A DNA stretch of 64,000 nucleotides from positions 133,494 to 197,493 of the forward strand of contig VRVR01000008.1 in NCBI GenBank assembly GCA_009859145.1, given 5' to 3'. Positions 53,601 to 64,000 of the stretch are shown here, one piece after another; position 1 is the first letter of the stretch, and every line of letters starts with the position of its first letter. The DNA comes from Andalucia godoyi And28. Taxonomy: Eukaryota > Protista > Jakobida. Made by a program: the position numbers and the translations under genes. The notes under the pieces are model-generated. The model was not told the DNA's origin and made no database searches. It saw only the letters and a program-made list of their open reading frames with translations.

Positions 53601-53992
53601 GAGAAAAAGTGAAGAAGAAGAAGAATGATTTCCCCCTCGATTTCTTCTGCGGCTGCTTCGCACCACGTGTCTGCTTCAGAGTTCCGACATGTCTATATGC
53701 GGTTATGTAAGGACAAAGGATTGTACATAGATCACATTGCTAGTGTTCGATTTCTTCTCTCTCCCTCTCTCTCTCTCTCTCTCACTCACACACACACACA
53801 CACACAATATTCCGTTCTTTCCACTATTACTTTATTACTGCTGTTTCACTCCCCTTCTCAACTCTCCTCGATTCTTCGTTGTCTTCTGGCTATACTTGGT
53901 TAAACAAACAAAAACAAAAAAGACACACAGATACACTCACTCAGCAACACATGCACCGAAAAAAAAAAGCGCACTACTCAAACCACTGGAAC

Positions 53993-54430
53993 TTAGAAGT
54001 CGTCTTCCTTCTTCGCTTGCGTAAATGCAAAGTTGTCGGCATACTGTCTGATTCTCTTCGGCTCCTTCTTGACAATGGGCTCTTCGACTTTGCAATCCCA
54101 GCCCAGCTTTGTGGCGAATGCGACTGCCTGTTCCTTTGAGTCGAACGACAGGACCATATTCGACAGCGGGTCTGCAGACGACGTCCAGCCCATCAGTGGA
54201 TTCGCCCATTTCACATCATTTGAAAAGTCAAGTCTCCACTTGTGCGTCTTTGCGGTCCCTTGCTGCTCGGGCGTGCGACACGGAATATAGATGCGGGCAA
54301 CTCGGGAAAGCTGCGATTCGGGAACACCAGAGAGTACTCCAACAGCTCCCTTTGCAATTGTTGACGACGACGACGATGACGACGATGATGCCGACGACAT
54401 GACACGACGGAAAAGAACTCGTGCAAGCAT
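53993..54430 (-). CDS. NDUFS4: Complex I subunit NDUFS4 (18 kDa) with mitochondrial presequence
   Basis: ARIY.P.R...QQG, W.NPLMGWTSSADP, L.F.SKE.A..FA...GW, YADNF; Arg/Ser-rich presequence from ATG 54430. Confidence 0.92.
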   Translation of the reverse strand: MLARVLFRRVMSSASSSSSSSSSTIAKGAVGVLSGVPESQLSRVARIYIPCRTPEQQGTAKTHKWRLDFSNDVKWANPLMGWTSSADPLSNMVLSFDSKEQAVAFATKLGWDCKVEEPIVKKEPKRIRQYADNFAFTQAKKEDDF

Positions 54431-54710
54431 GTTTAAATTTTCTATTATGTGGATTTCCCCCCTTTTTGAGCAAAACGAGATCAATGTGAGTGGTGGCCGT
54501 AGGGGTGGTGGTACTGGCGGGAGCAGGAGTAGGAATTTGGCTTCCTAGTGTAAGACTGAAGTCGAAAAAAGGCTCAATGTATTATGATTTCGAGAAGAAG
54601 AAGGGGGAAAAAAGTAGAATAATTAATTAGTTAATAAAATGAAAGGAAGTGCTTTGTAAAGAATAAACAGGGTCTGTTCTGGGAAGGGCTTTGCTCTTTT
54701 GCTCTTTGCT

Positions 54711-54824
54711 CTTTGCAGTTTGCCGGACAGCCGTTTTTGGAAAGGACGACCGGTTGTAGTGAGACCAGACGACTCCCAAACGGCTGTATTTGTTTGACTA
54801 ACAAGCGAAACTTGAACTGCAGGG
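54711..54824. other. Nested inverted repeats (possible structured RNA) in the NDUFS4-RPS13 divergent spacer
   Basis: CTTTGCAGTT/AACTGCAGGG outer stem, perfect ACAGCCGTTT/AAACGGCTGT inner stem, CAAG-CGAAA-CTTG hairpin. Confidence 0.3.
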
Positions 54825-54862
54825 TGAGGCAGAGACCACTGAAGACCGATAGGTGCATCCCG

Positions 54863-54879
54863 AACCCTAGAAACCCTAG
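54863..54879 (+). promoter_or_regulatory. Tandem telo-box-like motif AACCCTAG-AAACCCTAG upstream of RPS13
   Basis: AAACCCTA is the telo-box found in plant ribosomal-protein promoters; here about 200 nt upstream of the RPS13 ATG. Function inferred. Confidence 0.4.
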
Positions 54880-55080
54880 AAAAGATTATTTTCCATTAAG
54901 GACCAATAGTGAGGGGGGCCCTTCTCTCCAAAAGACAAAGAAGACAGGAATTGGAGAACTCGCAATCGTTTCAGTCTCTTATTTCCCTTTTTCTTCTGCT
55001 TCTTTTTCCCCCTTTCTCTTCTTTTCTTTCCCGGTGTCCGTTCTTGTGTTTCTCTTCATCGATTAGATTTTGTATCAGCC

Positions 55081-55536
55081 ATGGGTCGTATGCACAGCAA
55101 TGGAAAGGGTATTGCGCGCTCTGCGCTCCCTTACAAGCGCACTCCCGCTGTCTGGCAGAAGTCGACTTCGGAGGATGTCATCTCCCAGGTGACTGCCCTT
55201 GCGCGTAAGGGTCTTACTCCGTCTCAGATCGGTGTGATTCTCCGTGACTCGCATGGAGTTGGCCAGGTCCGTTCCATCACTGGATCGAAGATCATCCGTC
55301 TGCTCAAGGCAAAGGGTCTTGCCCCCGAAATCCCAGAGGATCTCTACTGCCTCATCAAGAAGGCCGTGAACGTCCGCAAGCACCTCGAGAAGTTCCGCCA
55401 GGACAGAGACTCCAAGTTCCGCCTCATTCTCATCGAGTCCCGTATCCACCGCTTGGCCCGTTACTACAAGCTTGCACGCCAGCTCCCGCCCACCTGGAAG
55501 TACGAGTCGGCAACTGCATCCACCCTTGTTGCGTAA
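55081..55536 (+). CDS. RPS13: 40S ribosomal protein S13 (uS15)
   Basis: [65 protein letters not shown]. Confidence 0.99.
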   Translation: MGRMHSNGKGIARSALPYKRTPAVWQKSTSEDVISQVTALARKGLTPSQIGVILRDSHGVGQVRSITGSKIIRLLKAKGLAPEIPEDLYCLIKKAVNVRKHLEKFRQDRDSKFRLILIESRIHRLARYYKLARQLPPTWKYESATASTLVA

Positions 55537-55758
55537 AAGATAACCCATGATAAAGAAGTAGAATGGAAAAAAGAAGGAGAAACAACGAAAAGAAGAATAA
55601 TGAAGTATACCCTTTTGGGATACATAATGATTCTTCATCTTTCGCTTCTCCACTGTTCCTCGCGAACACGGACACGGCGAGGCGCGGGCGCGTACTTGTG
55701 CAATACGAATACATCACAGTTTTTTTTAATTATTACATTGCCATTCACCCATGGCTCC

Positions 55759-56272
55759 TCACCATTCCAGCGATTGCGAAGTGCTACTGCTCGCTGACGA
55801 CTGAAGGCTTGCAAGCTTGTGTTTTCTGGACTGCTCGCCCGTGGATCCTGGAGGCAGATTGTGCAATCGAGGATATGGGTTCTTATAATGAACACCGATT
55901 TCTAACCGCTGCTGTGCATCCGACAAGAGCTTTGAAATTGCAGAAGCATCCGACACGGATTTCGACGCACGGAAGCTCGTCTGTGCCTCTTTTGCAATGT
56001 ACATTTGTTCGGCTACTGAAGGCCATGACTGACCCGTTCGGAGAATCTGACGATATCTGCCCCCCATCGCAATACATATATTTAAAAATTAAGGAAACGC
56101 GGGGGGAGGAACAAAGGAAAGCACTCCCGCCCCATCAGCCAGCCATTCAGTCCGTCCGTTCGTCAGTCAGCCATTCAGCCATTCAGTCCATCAGCCATCC
56201 ACGTGTTGGAAGACAAAGCAGGAGCGGGGGAGAAACATACAGGGATAGAACTTGTGATCGAAGCGACCTCAT
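55759..56272 (-). CDS. LYRM1: LYR-motif protein 1; exons 56272-56241 and 56056-55759
   Basis: A 184-nt GTATGT..CAG intron joins MRSLRSQVLSL to YRQILR, creating the LYR motif; C-terminal RLEIGVHYKNPYPR is typical of LYRM1. Confidence 0.8.
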
Positions 56273-57145
56273 TTCAGGATTCCGTCTAGACAATTCGATG
56301 CTAAACAGATAACGATCCAGAAATCCAAAGCAAAAAAAAAAAAACGCCAAACAAAAAAAACTTTTAAAAAAATCAAAACCCGCAAAACAAACAGTGCCAA
56401 TTCGATTATATGTTATATTTGTGACGCTGGGAGCGCTTGAAGAAAACGGTGAAAAGGGACAGAAGTTGTCGTCGATATTCCTCGACGACAAATGGACCAG
56501 GTGTTTGGGTATGTTGTTCGGCTTTTTTTTAATTAGGAGTATTCGCGGACGAGCAGAAAAGGTCCGATTCCGGTCCTTGCTACTCCGCCACCCGTCAGTC
56601 ACCATCTTCCACTGAGTGACAAGTGTCACGGCGGAATCCCTCAAAAGCATCGGGGGTGTGCGCCTCTGAATTCCAAAGAAGAAAGGGGAACAAAGGAAAA
56701 ACCAAAAGAAAAATTCTGAATTTCAATTCGCCCTTTCGGCAAAAGCATTTCCTCCTCTCTCATGCCGGGCCTTCCTCCCCTTTCCTCCCCAAACCCTGCA
56801 TCTTTCTCTCATTCCTGCTTCCCGTGATTTTGTTGCTTAAAATTATAATAATAACATTACTATTATTCTTCATTCGTTCGTCTTTTTCTCCTTCTATTTT
56901 TTATTAATTTTTTTTCGTTTTTGTCTGCACGCTTTTTTCCCCCCTTCTCACCTATTCTGTGCCTCCTTCAAGAATATTCATGATTTCATTCGCCACTTGT
57001 ACATCGTAATCAACACTCTTTTTATTTTCATTATTATTTTCATTATTATTGTTGTTGTTGTTTTTCCTTTTTTCCCCGTTTCTTGTTTCCCCCCTTTTCT
57101 ATTGTGGCACACCTTGTTTCTTTTCGCAAACCCCCACTTTAGGGA

Positions 57146-59554
57146 ATGGATTACGCCGTCGAGTGGTACAATGATGTTGCAATTGCTGAAAATGGTATGA
57201 TTTCTTGTTTGTTCTTCATTGTGGTCGCCCCCATCCTTTTGTTGTTGTTGTTGTTATTGTCGCATTTAGTGTTCGTATTGTTTGAGAGGAAGGGAAATCG
57301 CTGCTTTATTCTCAGCATCTGTCAAACTAATGATTCTGGTTTTCTTTGATTTTTGCGTTGGTGGATAGATCTTGATTATTTGAAGGATTGCTCACACTCA
57401 TCGCAAGGTACTTTGCATTCACAAACTCTAACGCCAGCGCAGCAGTCTCATTCGGCACCATTCTCTTCGGTTTCGCACAATGATGAGTTTTTGGTCGATG
57501 CCACTTTGTCCACTCCTCATTTGCACCATTCTAGCTACTTGAAAGGTCCGGTGAGTAGTAGTCATTCGGGGCATGTTCATAATTATAATAGCAATAGCAG
57601 CAACAACAGCAGCAGCAGCAACTCCAACACCAACTCCAACAACGTCGGCACCACCAATGTGCATCACAGTGACGGGTTTTTTGGACAGCCGAGCTATCTT
57701 GGGGCGCACGAGAACATTCCGCTCGGGTTTGTGCCGTCTCCTTTCAACCCAAAGATGCCAGCGTCTGCCATTCTCTTCCATCCCCAGTCTGCCGGGAGTG
57801 CTTGTTCGAATTTGCTGGCAAGTGACACTGGCAATGAAGATCTTGAGAACGGTGACGACGGAATGGCGGACACTCCCGACCCACCGCTGGCATCTTCTTT
57901 TCTGGATGGCGAGCATCATGTGGAGTCTCCGCTGTACGCAACCCATAGTTCGTCGCACCGCGAGACGTTGGTGTCGACGAATGCAACCTTTTGCGAAATG
58001 GAACAGAAGCTGTTAGCAACGGACTGCTTGCTTTTGGACTCGTCTGCTTCGTCGTCTGCACCTACAGGAAGCGTGTTCCCGCAGCATCATGATCGAGGCA
58101 GTGGAACGGGTGCCAGACGTGCGATTCTTGGTGCTCTCAGTGGCGGAAATGGGAATGGGAATGGCAATTTCCGTGTTGCTTCTGCGCTTTCCCGAGAGGC
58201 TCAGGCGTTTTCTCTCGCGCATGTTCCACTGCACATGCACTCCGGCATGACACCGGGCCTGTCGTCGGTTGCATCGCCACCTCCTGCGTCTTCTTCTGTT
58301 TCGTCATCCATAACGTCGGTTGACGCGTTGGTCGATTTGGATCTGTCTGTCAATCTTTTAGAAGGAGGTGCAATGTCGACTCCAGTTCGATCAATGGTCT
58401 ATTTGGACCCCTCGCCACCGTCATCCGTTGCGACTCCTCATCTTCACAACAATTCACAATTGCTGGCAGCGTCATCATCACCAACGGTACCTGTCCCATC
58501 GGCCGCGACTGCAAAAAGCACAGCGCGCGGTAGTCGAAAGAGACGGACTCCTGAAGATCTTCCTCCCGCTGGATCGGCGGCGAACAACACCACCACTGCT
58601 TCTGCGACTGGCATCTCTTCTTCCGCAAACACAAACTTTACCTTGGGAGTGAACGGCACGGCCACGATTGTTGGTGCACGCACGTCGTCGTCTCCTACTT
58701 CTCCGCTCACCGGTTCGAGATCGTTCATGTCGGGGTCTGTACGCCGCTCGATTGTGGGGGTGTCATCGTTTTCGTCTTCGTCGGCAACGTTGCTGTCTAA
58801 CGCATCAACGGCCTCGTCATTTGCTTCTCAAAATAGCAGATCATCTCCTCACGGGGAAGTGATGAAGCCCATCTCGTCTCTGCCCAATCTTTCGGAATGC
58901 TTCGCAGATGTTCCGTTGTCCGTATCCAGTGGATTAATGCCCTCACCGCGATCGGCAAAGCGGTCGATTGTTTCAATGCGTGGCGGATCACAATCTCCTG
59001 TCCCGCCTCCGTTTTCTCTTTCCTTGTCGTCTCCTCTTCCGTCTCCATCACCGTCTCCTTCGTCGCCCTTCCAGACTCCGTTCCTCGCTTCCGCTGTATC
59101 AAATACGAACAACAACAGCGGACGAGGATATGTGCATGCTTCGGGTACCGCAGCATCTGGCGTTGGAAGAGTTTCTTCTGGTGGAGTATTTCCGTCCATT
59201 TCAGGAGTCGAATCCATTTCTGCACCAGGCTTCTGCTCTTCTGGGTCTTCGTCCTCGTCGTCCTCCTCGCCTTCCCCTTCCGGATCTCCGTCGTCGCCGT
59301 TCACAATTTCGTCCGCTCTCGGCAACCGGTTCGGGTCGGCAATGTCGCTTATGCCTGGTCGCTCTGCGTCTGTTGGGTTGCTTGACAATGTTTCTCCCGT
59401 GAAGCCGGAAGCAGTCTCCGCGGAATCTGCGAACGCAGATCAAAAGAGTGTCTTGCACAAGGATACCTTCATCAAGACGCTTTCCGGTGGTTCCATCTGC
59501 GTCCGAATTCAAAGATCCATCACTCCCGGTCCTGGTTCGTTCCCACAACATTGA
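57146..59554 (+). CDS. Ser/Pro-rich low-complexity protein; exons 57146-57194 and 57369-59554
   Basis: 2.2-kb ORF lacks an early ATG; a 174-nt GTATGA..TAG intron joins MDYAVEWYNDVAIAEN in phase. Many SP sites; no domain recognised. Confidence 0.65.
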
Positions 59555-60612
59555 CGTGCGTGTTATTGCGCGCGCGTCGGTCTCGGTGTGTTTCAGTGTC
59601 CCTAGGTTATTGTCTCGTATCAATGAACTGCCTCCGAGAAACGAATGAGAAGCTGATCCTGACGGGAAGAAGAAAATGGAAAAGAATAGTGTTTTTTTCT
59701 CTTGACTGTTTACTGTCCAGTGCTGTACGTGTGTTTGTATGTACGTGTGTGTGTGTGTGTGTGTGTCTTTTGTTGCCAAAAAAAATTGAAAAAAAGAGGA
59801 AGTATGAAGAATGGCGAAATGTCTTGCGGGGCTGGCAGTACTGCGGCGAAGCAACAGCCGTTTCACACCAGCATGTCAGTGTTCTTTGTTTTCGCTGCCC
59901 GTTCAAGTTGTACCGGATGTTGCATGTATGGCTCATTTTTTTTTTCTTCCCGAAATTGTAAAGTTTGCATGATGTTGTGATTTCCACATGGCCATAAGGG
60001 ACACAAGCGTCTCATGATTTAGCCACTTCTCGTTTGCCCGCTCGCCAAAAACATGAATCATGATTGGCCATCGGGCTAAGCTGTCACCGAAGACAGGTCC
60101 AAGCCACATGTTTTGTTTTGCTTCTTTAATTGGGGGGCGATCACCAACTCTTCAATGCAGATTTGTTTACATTAAAGGGCCGTCGCTTCTTCTTGCTCTC
60201 GGCATCTTCGCGCATGGCCAGTTTGAGCTTGTCAGGAAGACCCCACTTTGGAGCCATGAAATATGTGTCTTGTCCTTGGTGAAAGGTGCTGCTTGAGGGA
60301 TCGGTTGCAAGTATGAGAAACAAACAGAAAAAATGATAGAAAGAAAAGAAAAGCGAGATGGAGAAAAAACGGCCAGCTCTCGACTGTAGATGAAGACTGC
60401 TTTCGGGTGAATTCGGAAGCCCGCCAAAAAAAGGCTGTGCTTTGCGTATTCTCTGGTATTGGGGAAAAGGAAATTACGAGATTGAACTCGTCTTGAGCGT
60501 CGTGTCATTGTCATCGTTATTGTTATAGTTATTGCGCATTTTACGTTTGTGTTTTGAATCCAAGACGAGGCTGGCTTTTGTCGCGGAAAAAAAACAAGAG
60601 AAAGCGATATTA

Positions 60613-62968
60613 ATGTCGGAGAGCATTCAGTCGGTGCAAGCTCGGCGCGATGCTCTTCTTGCAAAATACAAGCATACAGGATGGTTTCCAGAAGCTTCAT
60701 TTTCGATGACTGGAAATAACAATAATGACTTTGTTTCTTCTTCTGCGCTGAATTCCAGTCGAGCAAATTCATCGATGGATTCATCTTCCATTCTTGCATC
60801 GACTTCACGGATCGGGACGATTGACGACCGATCCATCATGTTTGTGCCTCAGTCAACATCGAACCAGCCAGCACATTTACCGCATCTTGCACAGAGTCTG
60901 GAACAAATACAGCTTGATGAAGATCGCAAGCGACAGGATGTCGCGCAAAGCACAGAGAATCCTGCGGCAGCAGGTGCAAATGCAAGCGCACTGGGAGATG
61001 GCAGAAACACGGCGCAATCTGCGAGTTTATCGACTGATGACGTGCAGGAAATGTTGGTTCGGGCATTGGATGCTTCTCGAACAGAGAGAGAGCGACTGCG
61101 GGAAGATATGAGGAGGGAGATACAAAAACGAGATGATTATGTGATGGATTTGCAGGCCCAGCTTCGACACAAGGATGCCGATCAGTCGCAGAGGAGGAGT
61201 CTTAACAGTTCTGTTTTGTCCCCAATGCTTGCACAATCCCGAGGCTCCGATTCAGTGTTTATGCATCCTGCGACGTCTGTGGAGTGGCACTCCAGAACGC
61301 AGCACCAGTCCGTGCTCGCTTCTGCTCCTCCGTACATGCATTCGTACGCAATACCGCCGTACGGAAACCAGCAGGGCGGAAGAGCGTCGGTATCGGCACC
61401 GGTTTCCGCAAACAGCTCGCCAACGCAGCTGCCATTGACCGGTCGAAATGATGCGCCCGTAATGGCGAAACCTTTCCGTGCTGCCTCGACGTCGTTCGGG
61501 GCGGGCAGCAGCAGCAGCGGTAGTAGTGGGACGAATCCGACTAGCGCGACTTCGTTGCTGAGTATTTTGCCGGAATCCACGCTGCAGTCCACAATCGAAA
61601 TCCTGTCTTCGAAACTTGCTGCCGCTCAATCGACTGCGCTGATGTATGCCGGGGAGGTGGAGAGAGTCAAGGAGGAAAACCGGAAACTGGACGAAGTGCT
61701 GAAGCAAGTGAGAAACGAGTATGCGACTCAGGCTCGACAATCGGATGCAACGCTGGAGCAGCTTCTTCTGTGCGTATGTTATTTTATATTTTATTTGGCT
61801 TGGTTTGCAATTCTTTCTTTCTTTTATTCCCGCACCCGTTTTTTTCTTCTTCTTCTTCTTCTTCTTAATTATTATTTAATTATCCCTGGAGTTGATTGTT
61901 ATCTTCATCTGGCTTGGAGCAGCTAAACTGACGGAGTTGCAATTTTACCGTGGTGTCCTCCTTTGTAGAAACAACAATTGTACGAAAAGGATGGACGGCT
62001 CAAGGAGGTGAGCAGCGTTATTGCTGAATTGGAGGCGCATGTTCAGCAAGTGCAGCGCAACCAAGCGAACGCCATCCAAGACTCGGAACGTGCTTTGCAC
62101 GATGAGCACGAAAAGCACATGGAAGCTGTACAGCGATTGGAGTTGCTCGAAATGCAATTTGCGGAAAAGGTATGCACATCGTTTTTTTCCCCTTCCTTCA
62201 CCATATCGCCTTTGTTTTGCTGGCACAGCTCTCTAACGTAGGGATGATTTCATTTTTTTGAGCATATTTTTGCAGAATGCCATTTGGCTTGCCAAAGACG
62301 AGGAGATTGAAGAGCTGAAAATGTATGTTGCCTCTCTTCCTATGCAGCCGTCGATGGAATTGAAAGAGAAGGACGCACAGCTGTCTGTATTTCACGAGGA
62401 GCTTTCCCGCATGGCCTCCGAATTGGACACTGAACGACGAAAATCCCAAACGGTAGAAGATGAACTGGTATTCCAGAAGTCCGAGAACGAGCGACTTCGA
62501 TCGGATCTTTGTGTTTTGCATGACCGAGTTGCAGATATTCAGTCTCGGCTCTTGCGGAAGGCCGAGCTGAGTGCAGATGACAAGGAACTGGCTATCCGCG
62601 AGCTCCATTCGCGAGTCGTCGGCCTTGAATCGGAGAATGACCTTCTACGGAAAACACTTGCTGCCCATCTTCCGTCGTCGGCCAAACAGTCGGCCAGTGT
62701 CGATGTCCTCAAGGAGCGGGAAGCTCTGCTGTCTTCTGTGAACGACGAGCTTGTGGATGCCTTTAAAGTCGTCGAGCAGATCCTTGGAATGGTCAAAAGC
62801 GCCCTTGAAAGTCCCGAGTTCTCGGAAGACATCGCCTTTGACAAGGCCAAACGAGGCGCGGCCATCACGGAGAATGCAAAAGCACTCCGAACCCTGTGTG
62901 AAAAACTCCAGGCTTTTCTCGCGCAGAGATATGCCAGCCATCTTGAACAGGGCTGCATAGTCTCATAG
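60613..62968 (+). CDS. Coiled-coil protein, CEP85-like C-terminus; exons 60613-61773, 61969-62169, 62276-62968
   Basis: Two phase-0 introns (GTATGT..TAG 195 nt; GTATGC..CAG 106 nt with CTAAC) fuse three track ORFs into 684 aa. The ending RYASHLEQGCIVS resembles the CEP85 terminal motif YAQ.MG..C..Q (recalled). Confidence 0.65.
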
Positions 62969-63768
62969 CCGCATTTCGTCAAATTTTTAATTGGTCTTCT
63001 TTATCGTTTTCGAGATCATCGTCCTCTTCACCTCTCATGTATCCGCTCCTTGTCGCAATTCCCATTTCTTGACGTGCGTTGGACATATTCATTGTACTGT
63101 TCCACGTTCTGGAGAAGTTCACACCAAAGCAACGTGACCATGCCGATATTTGGCTTGATCCACATACACATCCCAAACGAAACGAAACGAAACGAAACGG
63201 AGTTCGGAATTCTTTGTCTATAAGGTGAAAACACTTCACGCCTGCAAGAAACGCCGGGTCAAAAAAAATTTAAATAAATAAATAAAGTAAACGAAGCATT
63301 CGGTGGAATGCGAAACAAAGAAGATTCTGCGAGGAGGCTTTCGTCTGCGGCATGTCGGCATCGCAAACATGCAGGAAGAACCAAAACCAAACAAGAAGAA
63401 AGCAGGGAAAACCCACATTTTAAACGTTTTGAATGTTTTTTGTATGGAGCTTTGTTCAGATTTGTATGTATTTTTGGGAGTCGTTTCTCCGAAGGGCGAG
63501 AACAAGCAACATGCATGAACGTACGCAAACAAGAAGCATACCAAAGGAAAATCCGGTTTTGTTCGCTTAACCAAGTCGTTCACAAGCTAATGCTTGGGGC
63601 ACTATTTAAAGTAGAAACCATAGTCGGTTTACATTTTCATCCTTTGTTCTTCTTCTCCTTATACCACGGGATGCCAGTGTACGTGCACACCCTGCCACGC
63701 TGCACACACCGCTAGGCGAATCCTGTACATATGCAATAAGACATATTGTGGCTTCGTGCTAAGTACCG

Positions 63769-64000
63769 CTGCCTCTTATTGCGATATGATGAAGCAATCT
63801 AAAGGGCATGTAAACAAAAAACACTGCCACGCGCCATGCCGCATGCGTTTGTTACCTTGGCAACTCCGTCACACGATGCCCGATTCGTTTCGCCCCCCCC
63901 CACCATTTTGATCATGAAATCCCTATACACACGCCGCCGCGTTGCATTCTCGCACAGCGACGCTCATTTCTTATTTTTATTTTTATTGTCCATGCAACGC
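63769..64000 (+). mobile_element. Non-autonomous Fanzor-derived element, subfamily B, copy 2 (truncated by window end)
   Basis: Reverse complement of about 4121-4362; homology starts right after ACCG (63765-63768). Confidence 0.8.

Noticed and set aside
56466-56491. Perfect 10-bp hairpin TTGTCGTCGA-N6-TCGACGACAA
   Set aside because: A single such stem is roughly expected by chance in 64 kb; no supporting context.
60141-60323. Protein-like minus-strand ORF (…TYFMAPKWGLPDKLKLAMRED…)
   Set aside because: Could be an exon of a small gene, but no consistent start and splice model could be built.

Overview
Gene-dense, intron-poor eukaryotic (protist-like) window in the standard code, with about 30 protein-coding genes and six inferred short GT-AG introns (106-195 nt, donors GTATG[T/C/A]). 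Recognisable genes include calcineurin A, WDR74/NSA1, DPH1, KRI1, DNAJB12-like, a GBF1/GNOM ARF-GEF, TMEM62, COG5, a Zn2Cys6 transcription factor, LRMDA-like, KXD1, KRR1, an exomer ChAP, ENKD1, NCS-1, condensin CAP-D2, MORN2-like, NDUFS4, RPS13, LYRM1 and a CEP85-like protein. The most striking structure is four copies, in two subfamilies, of a small non-autonomous element derived from a Fanzor2/TnpB RNA-guided nuclease locus (212-715 +, 3970-4362 -, 29568-30046 -, 63769->64000 +). All four start immediately after CCG. The three complete copies end in TGTAGG(C/A)G and keep a structured omegaRNA-like 3' end. One copy sits in the last codons of a phosphatase gene, and its removal restores an in-frame C-terminus. 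A 1362-aa type II membrane protein with phage tail-fibre/collar-like features is the second highlight. The organism cannot be identified from sequence alone; a flagellated non-fungal protist is likely. All family assignments are from motif recognition, not database searches.
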